Assembly (NCBI GenBank): GCA_016618085.1
Contig: JABLTG010000188.1
Location: 1 to 35,135, forward strand
DNA from: Neovahlkampfia damariscottae
Taxonomy: Eukaryota
Length of the DNA stretch: 35,135 nt
Reading direction: 5' to 3'
Shown: piece after piece, positions 11,051 to 22,926 of the stretch
Layout of the letters: each line of letters starts with the position of its first letter
Numbering within the stretch: the stretch's first letter is position 1
Translations under genes and position numbers: made by a program
Notes under the pieces: generated by a model
Seen by the model: only the letters and a program-made list of their open reading frames with translations
What the model was told of the DNA's origin: nothing
The model's database searches: none

Positions 11051-11966
11051 ATGGAGAAGAACAATTCAGAAATGGAAGAAATTATGAAGAACTTAACTGA
11101 TAAAACATTGAAACATAAATATTATGATCGTCAAATGAGAATACCAAACTGGGATCAAGAATTAATTTCACAACAAGTTTGTTTTTGTTTAGGTAAAACA
11201 ATTTAATTAAAAAAAAATAAAAAAACAGGTGTTGGAGGTTTAGGTAGCACAGTAGCTATGGATTTATGTCGTCTTGGTGTTAAAAAAATATTTCTTCTGG
11301 ATTATGATGTGGTTGACTCACATAATTTGAATCGTCAAATGCTCTATGGAATTGAAGATATTGACAAACCAAAAGTAAAACAAGCATCAAAAGCTTTGGA
11401 TTTAAGAGAAAAAATGACAACAGAAATTGTTGAAATGGACATGGATGCATTACAAAATTGGAATAAAATTATAACAGCTGCAAAAGAATGTAATGTCATT
11501 TTCAACATGATTGATGTTGGTACATCATGGGATTTAGCAGTTCAATCACTTTGTTTATCACTGAAAATTCCTCATGTTTCCGGTGGAACTTTTCAAAATT
11601 CAATTACAGTTGGTAAATCATTTTTATTCATTAATTTTAAAAGATTTTTTTGGTCCTCATGGAAACCCTTGTTTTTTATGTGCAAGTCCTTCAAATGAGA
11701 AACAAATTGTTGAAAAATTATCACCTGATTTAATTCAATCATATGACAAAATTGATTTTATTAAAAAAGAAATCAACCCGATTGGTGCATCAAATGCAAT
11801 GGTAGCTTCAACATGCGCTCATATGATGGTTAATAATTTCATTCAAAATCTTCTGGGAAATGAAATTCCAAATCGTTTGATATTCAATTATTTGAATTAT
11901 GACCTTGATAAATGGATTATGGATGGTGAAAAAGATTGTCCATTTTGTTCAAAGAATTTGAAATAA
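11051..11966 (+). CDS. Stand-alone ThiF/MoeB/E1-like adenylyltransferase, 282 aa
   Basis: Introns 11193-11228 and 11613-11643. YDRQ, GVGGLG, DYDVVDSHNLNRQ and two CxxC motifs (CFLC, CPFC). Confidence 0.85.
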
Positions 11967-11973
11967 ATTAGGT

Positions 11974-13056
11974 TTATTTTTCAAAAATTGATGAGTCTTT
12001 CAAGAAATTATGAATTATTTCAGGTCCTTTTTCGTCATATTCTTCTTTAGAAATCCAACTTTTAGTTTCATTTGCAAAAAGTGATCCACCAATCCAAGAG
12101 AAGTATTTTTTAGAAGGAGCTGATATAACTTCTATTTTCTCTTTTGTCAGTTTTGATAATTCAAATGTCAGCTTTTCAGAAAAACCTTTAAAACAAGTTG
12201 TTCCTCCATTCAAAATAATATTAGAGAATAACTCCTTTTGAATTGATTTTTCACATTTTTGAATACATTCAAAACAAAGTTCAGTAGCTCCCATTGATTC
12301 AATTCCATAGAATTTTGGATCAAAAAGAGCATTTGGTAATTGTAAAACTTCACTTGGAACTGAAATGATTGTTCCATCAGGCATTTCATAATTTTGAGAA
12401 TTTTCCTTTTGGGAATATGTTGTACTATGACATAAAGTTATTTTGATATCTTTGATTATTTCCAATTCAGCTCTGGTGTTGAATGAATAGCCAATAGAAT
12501 TTAAGTGTGAAGCAATCAAAGCATCAAGATCAGCCCCAGCCAAATTAGTTTTCATAATAGATTTTTCTATTAAGTTTCTTTCATATACTGCTGCTGCATA
12601 AGTTATTCCAGATCCAGAACTCAAAACAATGCCAGTTGATCTTCCTGCAACGTTTAAACAAAGTTCAGCCTCATTTGACATTGAAAATAAAGGTACATTG
12701 AAAGATTCAAACATAATTCTTGTAATATTTTCCAAATAACTTTTTTCTAAAAATATTGGAGTAAAAACATAAAGTAGGGGTTGTGAGTTTGATTTGACTT
12801 TTATTTCTTCATAAAAACTTGACCAAAGTCTTTCAGCTGATTGAAAGTTTGTTATAACACCTCTTTCAACTACCTTTTCAACTTTAGGAGCTGGTTTTGG
12901 GTGTTTTCCTACATAAACCTCTTTACCCATTCCAATCATGATGCTCTTTGGTTTTTTTTCGACATGTGAGTGGTGTACGTATTTAGGTGTTTCTTGTCCT
13001 GCAATACCAATCTTTGAAAAATTGGTTCCTGTCTCTATCACCACAGCTGGATTCAT
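11974..13056 (-). CDS. Divergent actin-like protein
   Basis: Actin-fold motifs IMFESFNVP, GRSTGIVL, IIKDIK, YEMPDG, NIILNGGTT, WIGGS and WISKEEYDEKGP. Nucleotide-binding loops are altered. Confidence 0.9.
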   Translation of the reverse strand: MNPAVVIETGTNFSKIGIAGQETPKYVHHSHVEKKPKSIMIGMGKEVYVGKHPKPAPKVEKVVERGVITNFQSAERLWSSFYEEIKVKSNSQPLLYVFTPIFLEKSYLENITRIMFESFNVPLFSMSNEAELCLNVAGRSTGIVLSSGSGITYAAAVYERNLIEKSIMKTNLAGADLDALIASHLNSIGYSFNTRAELEIIKDIKITLCHSTTYSQKENSQNYEMPDGTIISVPSEVLQLPNALFDPKFYGIESMGATELCFECIQKCEKSIQKELFSNIILNGGTTCFKGFSEKLTFELSKLTKEKIEVISAPSKKYFSWIGGSLFANETKSWISKEEYDEKGPEIIHNFLKDSSIFEK

Positions 13057-13181
13057 GTCATTATCTAACCAATGAAATCATAGTATTTTTAAAATCAATT
13101 ATACAAGTAATTTATTGAAAAATATAAAAACACTATTCTGCCAATAATAACTGGTGTGTTGTCTGATTTTCATTGGTCAAA
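13057..13181. promoter_or_regulatory. 125-nt divergent promoter with three CCAAT motifs
   Basis: CCAAT at 13069 and 13141, and ATTGG at 13172, between the actin-like and ankyrin start codons. Confidence 0.55.
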
Positions 13182-13481
13182 ATGTCAAGCAACGGTGCTT
13201 GGAAGGATTGTTACGCTGCTGTTGAAAAAAATGACTTCAACTTGGTTCAATACTACATTAAACTTGGAGTACCTGTAAATTTCCAACATCCTGAAATCAT
13301 GTCAACACTTCTAATTGAAAGTCTTCGTCAACAAAACTATGACATTGCTAAATACTTACTTGAACACGGAGCTGATCCAGATTTAGATGAAGAATTTGGT
13401 GATGATACTCCTATGTCTGCAGCCAAATCAAAAAATAACAAAAAACTGATTGAACTGGTTCAAAGTTATTTGAAAAAATAA
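13182..13481 (+). CDS. Small ankyrin-repeat protein (99 aa)
   Basis: Ankyrin motifs LVQYYIKLGVPVN, IAKYLLEHGADPD and TPMSAA. ATG at 13182 follows ATTGG at 13172. Confidence 0.85.
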   Translation: MSSNGAWKDCYAAVEKNDFNLVQYYIKLGVPVNFQHPEIMSTLLIESLRQQNYDIAKYLLEHGADPDLDEEFGDDTPMSAAKSKNNKKLIELVQSYLKK

Positions 13482-13558
13482 AACTTTCTGTTTTTGGATA
13501 AAAAACAAACCAAAACTGGTTAAAATTTCCATTGAAAAATTGAAAATATTTTTATTTC

Positions 13559-16500
13559 TTAATAACCTGATAAGTCATCAGTTGAACCAAATGAATCAAT
13601 TCTATTTCTTCTCATTAAATTCTTATAATCAACTTTTTCTTCTTCTTTTTTTTCGCTTCTTTTGATGTATGATTCAAAGAATTGTTTTTTAATTGCGAAG
13701 CTTGAAATTTCTTTTGGAATATCCATAAAACCACATTGAACTAAGAAACCATAATAAGTTCCTAACAAATCAATTGTAGCAGGACAGAAAATACCAGAAT
13801 CAGCCAATCCGTCAAGAGTATTTGTATTATCATACCAAGGTCTAACAGCTTTCATTTTAACATCATAATCATCTGTAAAATGTGTCAACATTGGATATAA
13901 AGCATTTGTTGAAACTTCCTCTGATTCAAATAAAGATTTTTTCCATTCTGCATATGGTGATTTTTCAATTTGATAACCTAAACGTTTTGCAGTTACAAAT
14001 AAAGAATTGAAAAAGAATTCATTTGGATTGACCAAATGATATGCTTTGTAACGTGTCAAACTATCTTTTTGTAAACATAAACTGACAGTTGCTTTGGATA
14101 CGAAATCAACAGGTGCCATATCTAATTTAGTTTCTGTTAAATCTGGATATTTTTCTAATTGACAACATCCTTTCATCATTCTACATAAGAAATCATCTGG
14201 ATTCCAAACACCTGTTTTAGAATGACCTGTGATATAACCAGGACGATAAATACAAGTAGGTAATCCATATTCTCTAATTGCAATGATCAATCTTTCAGCA
14301 ACCCATTTTGATTGAGGATATCCACCTTTTAATTTTTCATAAAATGGTAAATCAGTATTTTCATATATATCAGTGTATTTTGAATATTCTGATGAATCAA
14401 AAACTGAAGTTGTTGAGATATAATGAACTGGTTTAAAATGATGTGAAACTGCGAATTTGATAATCTCTTTTGTTCCTTGAACATTTGCTGATCTTAATTT
14501 TTCATAAGGATACATCCAATGAACTAATGCACCATTGTGAATGATTACATCAATATAAGTTACTAAATCTTTATATTCATCCATGTGAAGACCTAATAAT
14601 GGTTGTGCAAAATCACCACATAATGGAATGATTCTTTTTTTGTATTTTTCTTCATACAATAAATGATGTTTAAGAGCATCAATAACTCTTTGTAAAGCTT
14701 GTTCCTTATCTTTTGATCTGACAAGACAGTAAATTTTTGATGAAGTTTGAGAAAGTAAATCAGCCAATAAAAATGTTCCAAGAAAACCTGTTGATCCAGT
14801 CAATAAAATAGAAGCTGGATCTTCATATGATTCATCCCATTCAAATGGTTTCATACCTTCATTTGGAAACAATGAAGAATCAATTTTTGAATCTTCTAAT
14901 CTTAATTTGGCAGATGAATCAGATTCTGATTCGTCATCATCAGTTTCTGTTTTTTCAATAAATTTTGCGAGCTCTGCAATTGTTGGAACTTTATATAAAA
15001 TTTCAACTGGAATATTTTTTGCTAATGAAATAGTTTGTCTTGTTTTAAAAATGATTGAAGTAGCATTGATTGAATGACCACCTAAATCAAAGAAGTTATC
15101 ATGAATACCAACACGTGGATGTCCAAGTAATTCAGCCCAGATTTTACATAATTGAATTTCAATTTCATTTCTTGGTGCAGAATAATCTTCTTCTACAAAA
15201 CTTAAATCAGGTTTTGGTAAAGCATCTCTTTTAATTTTACCATTTGGTGTCAATGGGAATTTATCAAGCACAACAAAATAAGTTGGAATCATATAAGCAG
15301 GTAATTTTGATTTCAAAAATTTTCTCAATTCTGATGAAACGTGTGTTTGTTTTGATGAAAGTACTACATAAGAAACTAACACTTTTTCATTTTCCATAAT
15401 ATCTTTTCTGACAATGGTAACACTTTCTTTGACAAATTCAGAATTATTCAATGCACTATTTATTTCACCTAATTCAATTCTGAATCCTCTAATCTTGATT
15501 TGATCATCTGCTCTTCCTAAACAAACAACATCTCCTGTTGGTATGTAACGTCCAAGATCTCCAGTTCTGTACATTTTGTCATGTGGTTCATTTGTTAATG
15601 GATTTACAATGAATTTTTCTTCAGTTTCTTTTTTTTTACCTTTATAACCAAGTGATAAATGTGGTGATCTCATATAAATTTCACCCATTTCACCAACACC
15701 AGCTAATTGAAATTTTGATGAAAATCTAGTTGCAACAACAACTTCAACATCATTAACACCCATTCCAACTCCAACTGGAAGAATATCTTTTAATTTTTCA
15801 AATTCTTCTTTTTGTGTATTTGGATTTGGAACAAGGAAGTAAGAAACTGATCTTTGTGATTCAGTTGAACCATACATATTAATAACACCACATTTAGTTG
15901 CAATTGCTGATAAAGTTTTTACAAATTTCTTTGTCAAAACATCACCAACAAAAAATGCCCATTGAAGATCATCCAATTTAACATCATCTTGAGATTGTCC
16001 TTTTGTTGCAAGTAATTGACCCATTGCAGGTGTTAAACAAGTAACATTGATTTTTGTTTTTTGAAACCATAATGCTAAACTACCTGGATTTGAAATATCT
16101 TCAGGTGGAGGAACAAAAATAGTAGCACCTAAATATAAAGGAGTGAAAATATCTCTTTGAAGAGGATCATGAGCTATTCCTGATTGCATAGAAAATCTAT
16201 CAGATGAAGAAAAACCAAATCTTTCAACCATCCATGGATAATAATGAGTCAAAGGTCCATGTTTTCCTAAAACACCTTTTGGAATTCCAGTTGATCCTGA
16301 AGTGAATGTAACAACAGCTAAATCATTTGCATCAATTTTAATGTTTAAATTATCATCTTGAACTGATTTGAGTACTTTACTTCCAATAACTTGTTTTGGT
16401 GATTGAATGGTATACATAAAATCAATGCTTGAATCTTTACTTTGAACAAATTCTTCGACTTCTTTTGAGATTTTACCAGCTGCTTCAATCAACAAAAAGA

Positions 16501-17552
16501 CTTTTGGTGTAGCTACTTTTAAACAATCAATGATTCTTTTTGATGGATAAACAGGATCTAAAATGGTGAAAGCAGCACCTGCTTTAAGAATTGACATAAT
16601 AGCAAAAACAACAGCAGAACTTCTGTGACCTAAAATAGCAACTACATCTGATTTTTGAAGACCTTTTCCGACTAATTGTCTCGCAAGTTGATTGCAAATT
16701 TTGTTCAATTCTCCATAAGTTATACTTTCAAATTTGTCAACAACTGCAACTTTATCTGGATTCAAAGCTGCTTGTTTTTCGAAGTTTTCATGAATTGAAC
16801 CTTCAAATTTTAATGATAATTGTTGATTTGGATTTGGTAAATAACTTTGTGATTCATCAGTAACCAATGAATAATCATAAAGATTTTTTTTTGTATCTTT
16901 TAACACTAACAAAGTGTGAAAATTATATTTTTTTTTTTTTACCTTCAGATACTAATAGTTTAAATTGATTTAACATTTCAACAACTCTTTTTGATTCAAA
17001 ATGATTTTCCAAGTATACAATTTGGATTGTGTTTTTTTCTTCATTAAAAAAAAAGTGTAATGGAATTGATGAAAATGGAAAAAGTAAATCAAGTTTTTCT
17101 TCTTTTGATTCTTTAACATTTGTGTATGAAACTGATACTAATTGTTCAATTGCCTCTTTTGCAGATTCACCATTTTTTTTGACTTGATAAATTTCTTCAA
17201 AAATTTCGAAAATTGTTTTGTCTTTGATGTTTTTTGTGCCATTTTCTAAACCTGTTTCAACTTTTAATAAAAGCTCTTCAAAATTTGGTTTTTTTTCACA
17301 ATCCAAATGAAGTAAAGTTGTTTCTTTGGTATTTTGTGGATTGATTGAAATTAAAAAGTTTTCTTCTGCAGAATATCTCATGGTCAAAATTGAAACACAA
17401 GCCAAAACAAAATTTTTTGAATTTTTTAAATCTTTTGTTGGAATTTCAAGTTGTTCTGAATATAAAATTTTTGGTTCTCCATAGTTTTTTGGAAAATCTG
17501 TAGGTAATTTAACCGTTTGTACTTGTTCAAAAATGTTTTTCCAAAAATCCAT
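13559..17552 (-). CDS. LYS2: L-2-aminoadipate reductase (NRPS-like: N-terminal extension, A, T/PCP and reductase domains), 1318 aa
   Basis: One intron, 16906-16942. Lys2-type A-domain signature FTSGSTGIPKGVLGKH...SGIAHDPLQRDIFTPL, NMYGSTESQRSVSYF, PCP motif FFDLGGHSI, reductase motifs LTGSTGFLG and GYPQSKWVAE. Confidence 0.9.
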
Positions 17553-18333
17553 CTGTCAATGTAGTGAATCTTGTGGTTAAAAAATTCGAACCAATAAAAA
17601 CAGAGTATTTTTTGAATTTAACCCTCGAACTCCGATTTCTCAGAAATACATGGTTATTTTGAATTTAAATCCAAAGTCAATTCTATGGATGAAGTCGAAT
17701 TGACAAAAATGGAAATTCTCCAAAAGTAACCTCCTAAACATCTTTAGATTTGCCTCATTTCTGCAATTATGAAACGAGTAACAAAAGATTCAAACAAGAA
17801 ATATACAAATTTAATCAGGTCAAGACTTCAAATCAAGAGACACGAACAAATTTAATATGTACCAAATATAGTTTTACTCTTGATTAATTATGAAGAAATT
17901 TTGAAAGATATGAAAACTAGTAGACTTCGGTTTTTTCAATTTTTTCAAATCGCAATGTGACTCTTGAATTCATCATTATAAACTTCAGAAACTGATTTTA
18001 TCTAAAAACTATCAAAAAAATATTCAATGATGATCATTACAAAATATTCTTCTTTTTGTGGAATTTTCCCACTCGTTGCATCATCTACATAACTGAGACA
18101 ATTGGTACAGTCTTTCATAATCTTTCAAAAATATCCTTGAAGAAATTTGATTCCAAATGGAGCTCCAACATGTCTATAAGTCTTGAACTATAGTACCCAA
18201 ATTCGTGGAGCCTGAAATTTTATTTTAATTTTGAAAAAATGTAGAATTGAAATTTTTGTATTCTTTCTAAATTTGGAATCTGTTTTAGTGAATTGATTGG
18301 TTTTTCGCTTCTATTATAAACATTGGAATTAAC

Positions 18334-20218
18334 ATGTCAAAAGACAACGTTTTGTTTCTCTATGGGTAAATTCACTTCAAAATTAACCCAAAATACTTAA
18401 CAGTTCAGTCACAGGAAATGCTCAAGTCATCTGCGAACAAATATTTGAAGAAGTAATTAATCTAGGAATTAAAGCTGAAATTAATGCTCTAAACGAATTT
18501 AAAAAATTAAAATTTGAAGAGTATAAACATGTTTTGGTTGTTTGTTCTACCACAGGAAATGGTGATGCTCCTGAAAATGCAGAAAAATTTATCCGGTTTA
18601 TAAAAAAAAAATCCAACAAGAAGGATTTATTAAAAAAATTAAAATTTGCTGTATTAGGTTTAGGTGATACAAATTATGATAATTTTTGTGCTATGGGCAA
18701 ATTAATCAACAAAAAATTTTTGGAATTAGGAGCAACAAGTTTTTTTGAATCTGGATACGCTGATGACGCAATTGGTTTAGAACAAACAGTTGAGCCATGG
18801 AAAAGGGGTGTAATTAATGAAATATCAAAAATTAAAGGTGTTAAAAATTCATCTGATTCAAAAGTTTTGATTAATCCATTTTTAAAAATGGAAATTGTTG
18901 AAAATTCAACCAGTGAATCAAATAACAATGGAAACTCTCATAATGGAATATTGAAAGGAAAATTGATAAATGCTGAATATTTGACTGATTCAAAAGCACA
19001 AAAACAGGTTTTAATGATGGAATTCAAAGTGAATGATGTTGAATTTCAACCTGGTGATTCAATTGGTGTTTACTGTAAAAATGATCCAAATTTAGTATTA
19101 TTTTTGTTAAAAAGAGTTAAATTTGATCCTAATACATTCATTAATTTGAAGATTTGTGATGATTCAAAATCTGGACTATTCCCAAGACATATCAAGTTAC
19201 CATCAACTTTATACAACATATTTATGAATTTGGACATTGATGCAACATTAACACATTATCAATTGAAAGTACTTTCACAATACGTATCCAACAAAGAAGA
19301 ATTAGACATGATTACATTGTTATTGAATGATGAAAAAATTTACCAAGAAGAAATTGTGAATTGCTGCATGAATATTATTGATTTTTTGAATACATTTCAG
19401 TCATGCGATCCTCCTATTGAACATTTATTCCATATTTTACCTGCAATTGCTCCAAGGAATTATTCAATCGCAAATTCACCTCTTGTGGATAAAAACAAAA
19501 TTAGGATTGCTTTCACAGTAGTTGAAAAGAAAATCAAAGATGGTATTAAAAAAGGGTTATGTACTAATTGGTTATCTAAACTTGCTTTTGAATTCATGAA
19601 AGATCCAACAAATGAAATCTATGTTTCATTTTTCATAGATCCAACAAAAGATTTTCAACTGCCAAAAAAATTAGATTGCACATTAATTTTCATTGCAGCT
19701 GGATCGGGTAAATATTTATGATTATTTTTCTAATGTGATAGGTATTTCACCAGTAATTTCATTTTTGGAGCATTTGGAAAAATTGAATCCAAAAAATATT
19801 GACGTTTACTTGTTTCATGGATGTAGAAGAAGAAAAATAGATTTCATTTTCAATGAAAAATTAATAGATCTTTATGATAAAAAAATTATCACAAATTTAA
19901 ATTTTGCATCAAGTCAAGAAGAAATTGTAACACAAAACAAATTTTATTAATTTTTGGTTGAAGGAAAATGATGAAATATTCAAAGGAAAATTCTATGTTC
20001 AACATTTAATCAAACAAAAAGGTGATGAAATATGTGATGCTATGATTAACAAAAATGGACATATCATTTTATGTGGAGATGGAAAAATGTCTCAAGGAGT
20101 ACAAGACTCATTCAAAGAAATATTCCAACAAAAAATGGGTAAAACAACTCAAGAAGCAGAAGAAATCATCAAAAAATGGAAAAAAGAAAAAAGATTTCAA
20201 AGTGAAATTTGGTCATAA
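18334..20218 (+). CDS. MTRR: Diflavin oxidoreductase, methionine synthase reductase-like, 591 aa
   Basis: Introns 18366-18403, 19708-19741, 19927-19963. Flavodoxin motifs LYGSVTGNA, STTGNGDAP and LGLGDTNY; MTRR-like ADDAIGLEQTVEPW; PRNYSIANS, AGSGISP, YVQH and terminal EIWS. No N-terminal membrane anchor. Confidence 0.78.
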
Positions 20219-20225
20219 ATTTTAT

Positions 20226-22033
20226 TTACCAACCATATCTATTTGAAAAATCAATCAAACACATATATTTCATTCTAACTTGTGATTCTTTATAAACTAA
20301 ATATTCAGTTTGTGAGAAATAACTTTTTGAATATTCTTTTCTATTTTCAACTTTACCAACAGGAACTATAATATCACCATATTCTCCTTGAATAATTACA
20401 TCACCTGATTTAACAGGTTCTGTTCTTCCTTGAGCAACAACTGAATCATATCCTTTTGGAGCACATCTTAAACTTGAATCATCTTGAGTGATATGATATT
20501 CTTCTCCTAAAGCAACTTCATTCAAAAACATAATTCCTAAATTCTCTCCTGAAGTTCCAACATAACCAGCTGATTTATCATTTTCACTTGCAAAATATAA
20601 ACCTCTTCCAACTCTACCACCTGAATGTGGCATAATTCTTAAACCAGTTTTTAAAATTGCACAAACAACTGCAACATTTGTTCCATGCCAAAGTAATTTT
20701 CTATTTCCTAAATTTGAATGTTCATCAAATCTTTCTTTTTCAGTTTCTCTATCAATAGTATATAAATGTTTAACTTTAAGTTTTGGTGAAGTTGCATGAA
20801 TATATTTTTCAATCATTGAGTATTCTTCTCCATTTTTTTCAAGTGGTTTTATATCATTACATAATTGTTTATAATTAATATCTAATGGATTATCAATTTC
20901 TTCAATTTCTTCTTCTTCTTGTGTATTTGAATATTTTTCACCTGATTCTTTCATTCCTTGAGCTATTTCAATATCTGATAATACATTTAATAAATCAACT
21001 TTTTTTTGTAACATTTCCAAAGAACCTATTACAGGAGGAACATTTCTTCCAACTATTTGAAAATGAAATGAATGATTATTTTTAGACTTACATGAATGAG
21101 GTATGATTGAATAAAATTGTGAAGTAAGTAACTCTAAATCTTTTCTTCCTTTGTTATTATCAAATGATGTTTTAATTTCTTCTAAAACAGCCATTCCTTT
21201 TTGAATTTGAGTTTGTGAAATTTTTCCGAGTGGCATTTTCTTCACATCAATATCATACTCTTTTAATGTATTCTTGAACATATCATTTGAAAAAATTAAT
21301 TCAATTAAATTTTGAGTTTCTTTTGGCAGAGCACTTGCTTTAACTTTTTGTTTTTTTCCATCTACGATGAGTTTTTGGGTAATTGTGTCTTCATCAATAT
21401 CATCTTCTTCATCATCAGCCATATCTAACATGATGTATTTTCCACTTTTTGGTACAAAGGAATCTCTTGCTGACCAACTTTAAAAAGTTTAATTTTTTTT
21501 TTTTTTTTCAAACTTGTTTCCTGTTTTTGATTTGAATTTTTTTTCAAATTCAGCTTTTGCAGCAGAAGCACTTGTAAAATTAGAAGTACCACTTTGTCCT
21601 GTTTCGCCAACTCTACCCCAACGAGCTGTTTTTAAAAAATTGTTAAAAGTTTGTTTGACTCTTTACTAAAGACACTGAAATTGTTTCCTAAGCCATGGAT
21701 CAATTGAATTACATAAAATTTGTTGTTATTCTGTGATATATTCGTTTGGTTCAACATAGTAGCAAATGTTTCATCGTCTTCAATATAAACTTCACCTGTT
21801 GCGAAGCAATGATCATCTTTTTTGACTTTTTTTGCTTTTTTTGTAGAAGGTGTTGATTTTGATTCATCTTTGATTTTCCTTTTTTTTGAAGTGGTTGTTG
21901 AAAGGTGAATATCGGAAACACCACTGTTGTCTTTCAAGCGTTGAATAAGTACTGCTTTAGTTCCCGTTGATGGTAATCCAAGTTTAATACATTCTGTTTT
22001 GAGTTCTGGGACTTTTAGTTTTGAGTAATCCAT
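20226..22033 (-). CDS. PARP3: PARP3-like ADP-ribosyltransferase (SAP, WGR, regulatory and catalytic domains), 563 aa
   Basis: Introns 21626-21666, 21478-21513, 21053-21091. SAP motif LKVPELKTECIKLGLPSTGTKAVLIQRL; WGR motifs NNKFYVIQL and RWGRVG; catalytic LWHGT, GLRIMPHSGGRVGRGLYFASE and QTEYLVY (H-Y-E triad intact). Confidence 0.85.
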
Positions 22034-22218
22034 TTGTAACGAATTTTGTTTTTTTTTGTTGACGTGATGCAAAAAGATTCGTCAATTTATTTGTTTGACC
22101 AATCAACAAGTTCCTGTGAAAAAACGAAACAGAGAATATTTACAGGAACTTTTAAAAATTGATAAATAAGAAATTGTGAGCATTCTTATTCCATTTTATT
22201 GATGTTTTATTCAAAAAT

Positions 22219-22762
22219 TTAAAGATTTTGATATCCATTTCCATTTACCTCATTGTATTGATTTGTTGATGGTTGATACTCTGTTTCATATGGGTTTCCT
22301 TGATAAGGATTTGATTCTTCAGTTGCATAAACATCCTCTTGTTGAGAATTTTCTTGTACTCCAGTGAATGTATAATTTTGACCTTCAAGAGAACCAGAAT
22401 TACCTTTTTTCGCATTTAACAATCCTGTCACACTCTAGAAAGAATTAAATTTTTTTTTTTTTAAATACCCAAACAACAGAGTATAACCAAACAAAAAAAA
22501 TTGCAATCCAAATTGGCAACAAAACAATAGAACCAAAATTATTTCCAACTAACAAATTGAATAAACCTACAACAATATAAAAAAAGAATGGTACAGCATA
22601 AAAAAGAACTAAAACAACAACTCCGAGAATTATAGCTGTAACATTTCTAGGTTCAGAGATAAAACCGGAAATTATGAAACCTATTCCAGGAAATATAACA
22701 TTTAAAACTAAAACTAAAATAGCAAGTGGTAACTTCAACAAAGGTGGATCCAATAAAAACAT
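22219..22762 (-). CDS. Stum/Spec3-like small membrane protein with Y/N/Q-rich tail, 169 aa
   Basis: Intron 22435-22468. LPLAILVLVLNVIFPGIGFIISG resembles the Spec3/Stum motif, followed by further TM segments. Confidence 0.6.
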
Positions 22763-22926
22763 CAACTTTTTTTATCCAATTAAAACAGACCTCTACAGCT
22801 TGAAGAAAAAATAACCAAAAAAATTATTTTTTATTTTTTTTTGTAATATCAATCGGTACAAACCAGTAACTTTCGTCTTCTGTAAAGTCATTTGTAAATT
22901 TATTAATTCTGTTGGCTTTTGAGAAA

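Noticed and set aside
6873..20218. Secondary-metabolite cluster (NRPS-like enzyme, esterase, ThiF, reductase, nearby MFS)
   Set aside because: The NRPS-like gene has Lys2 primary-metabolism signatures, and the neighbours are interleaved with unrelated genes.
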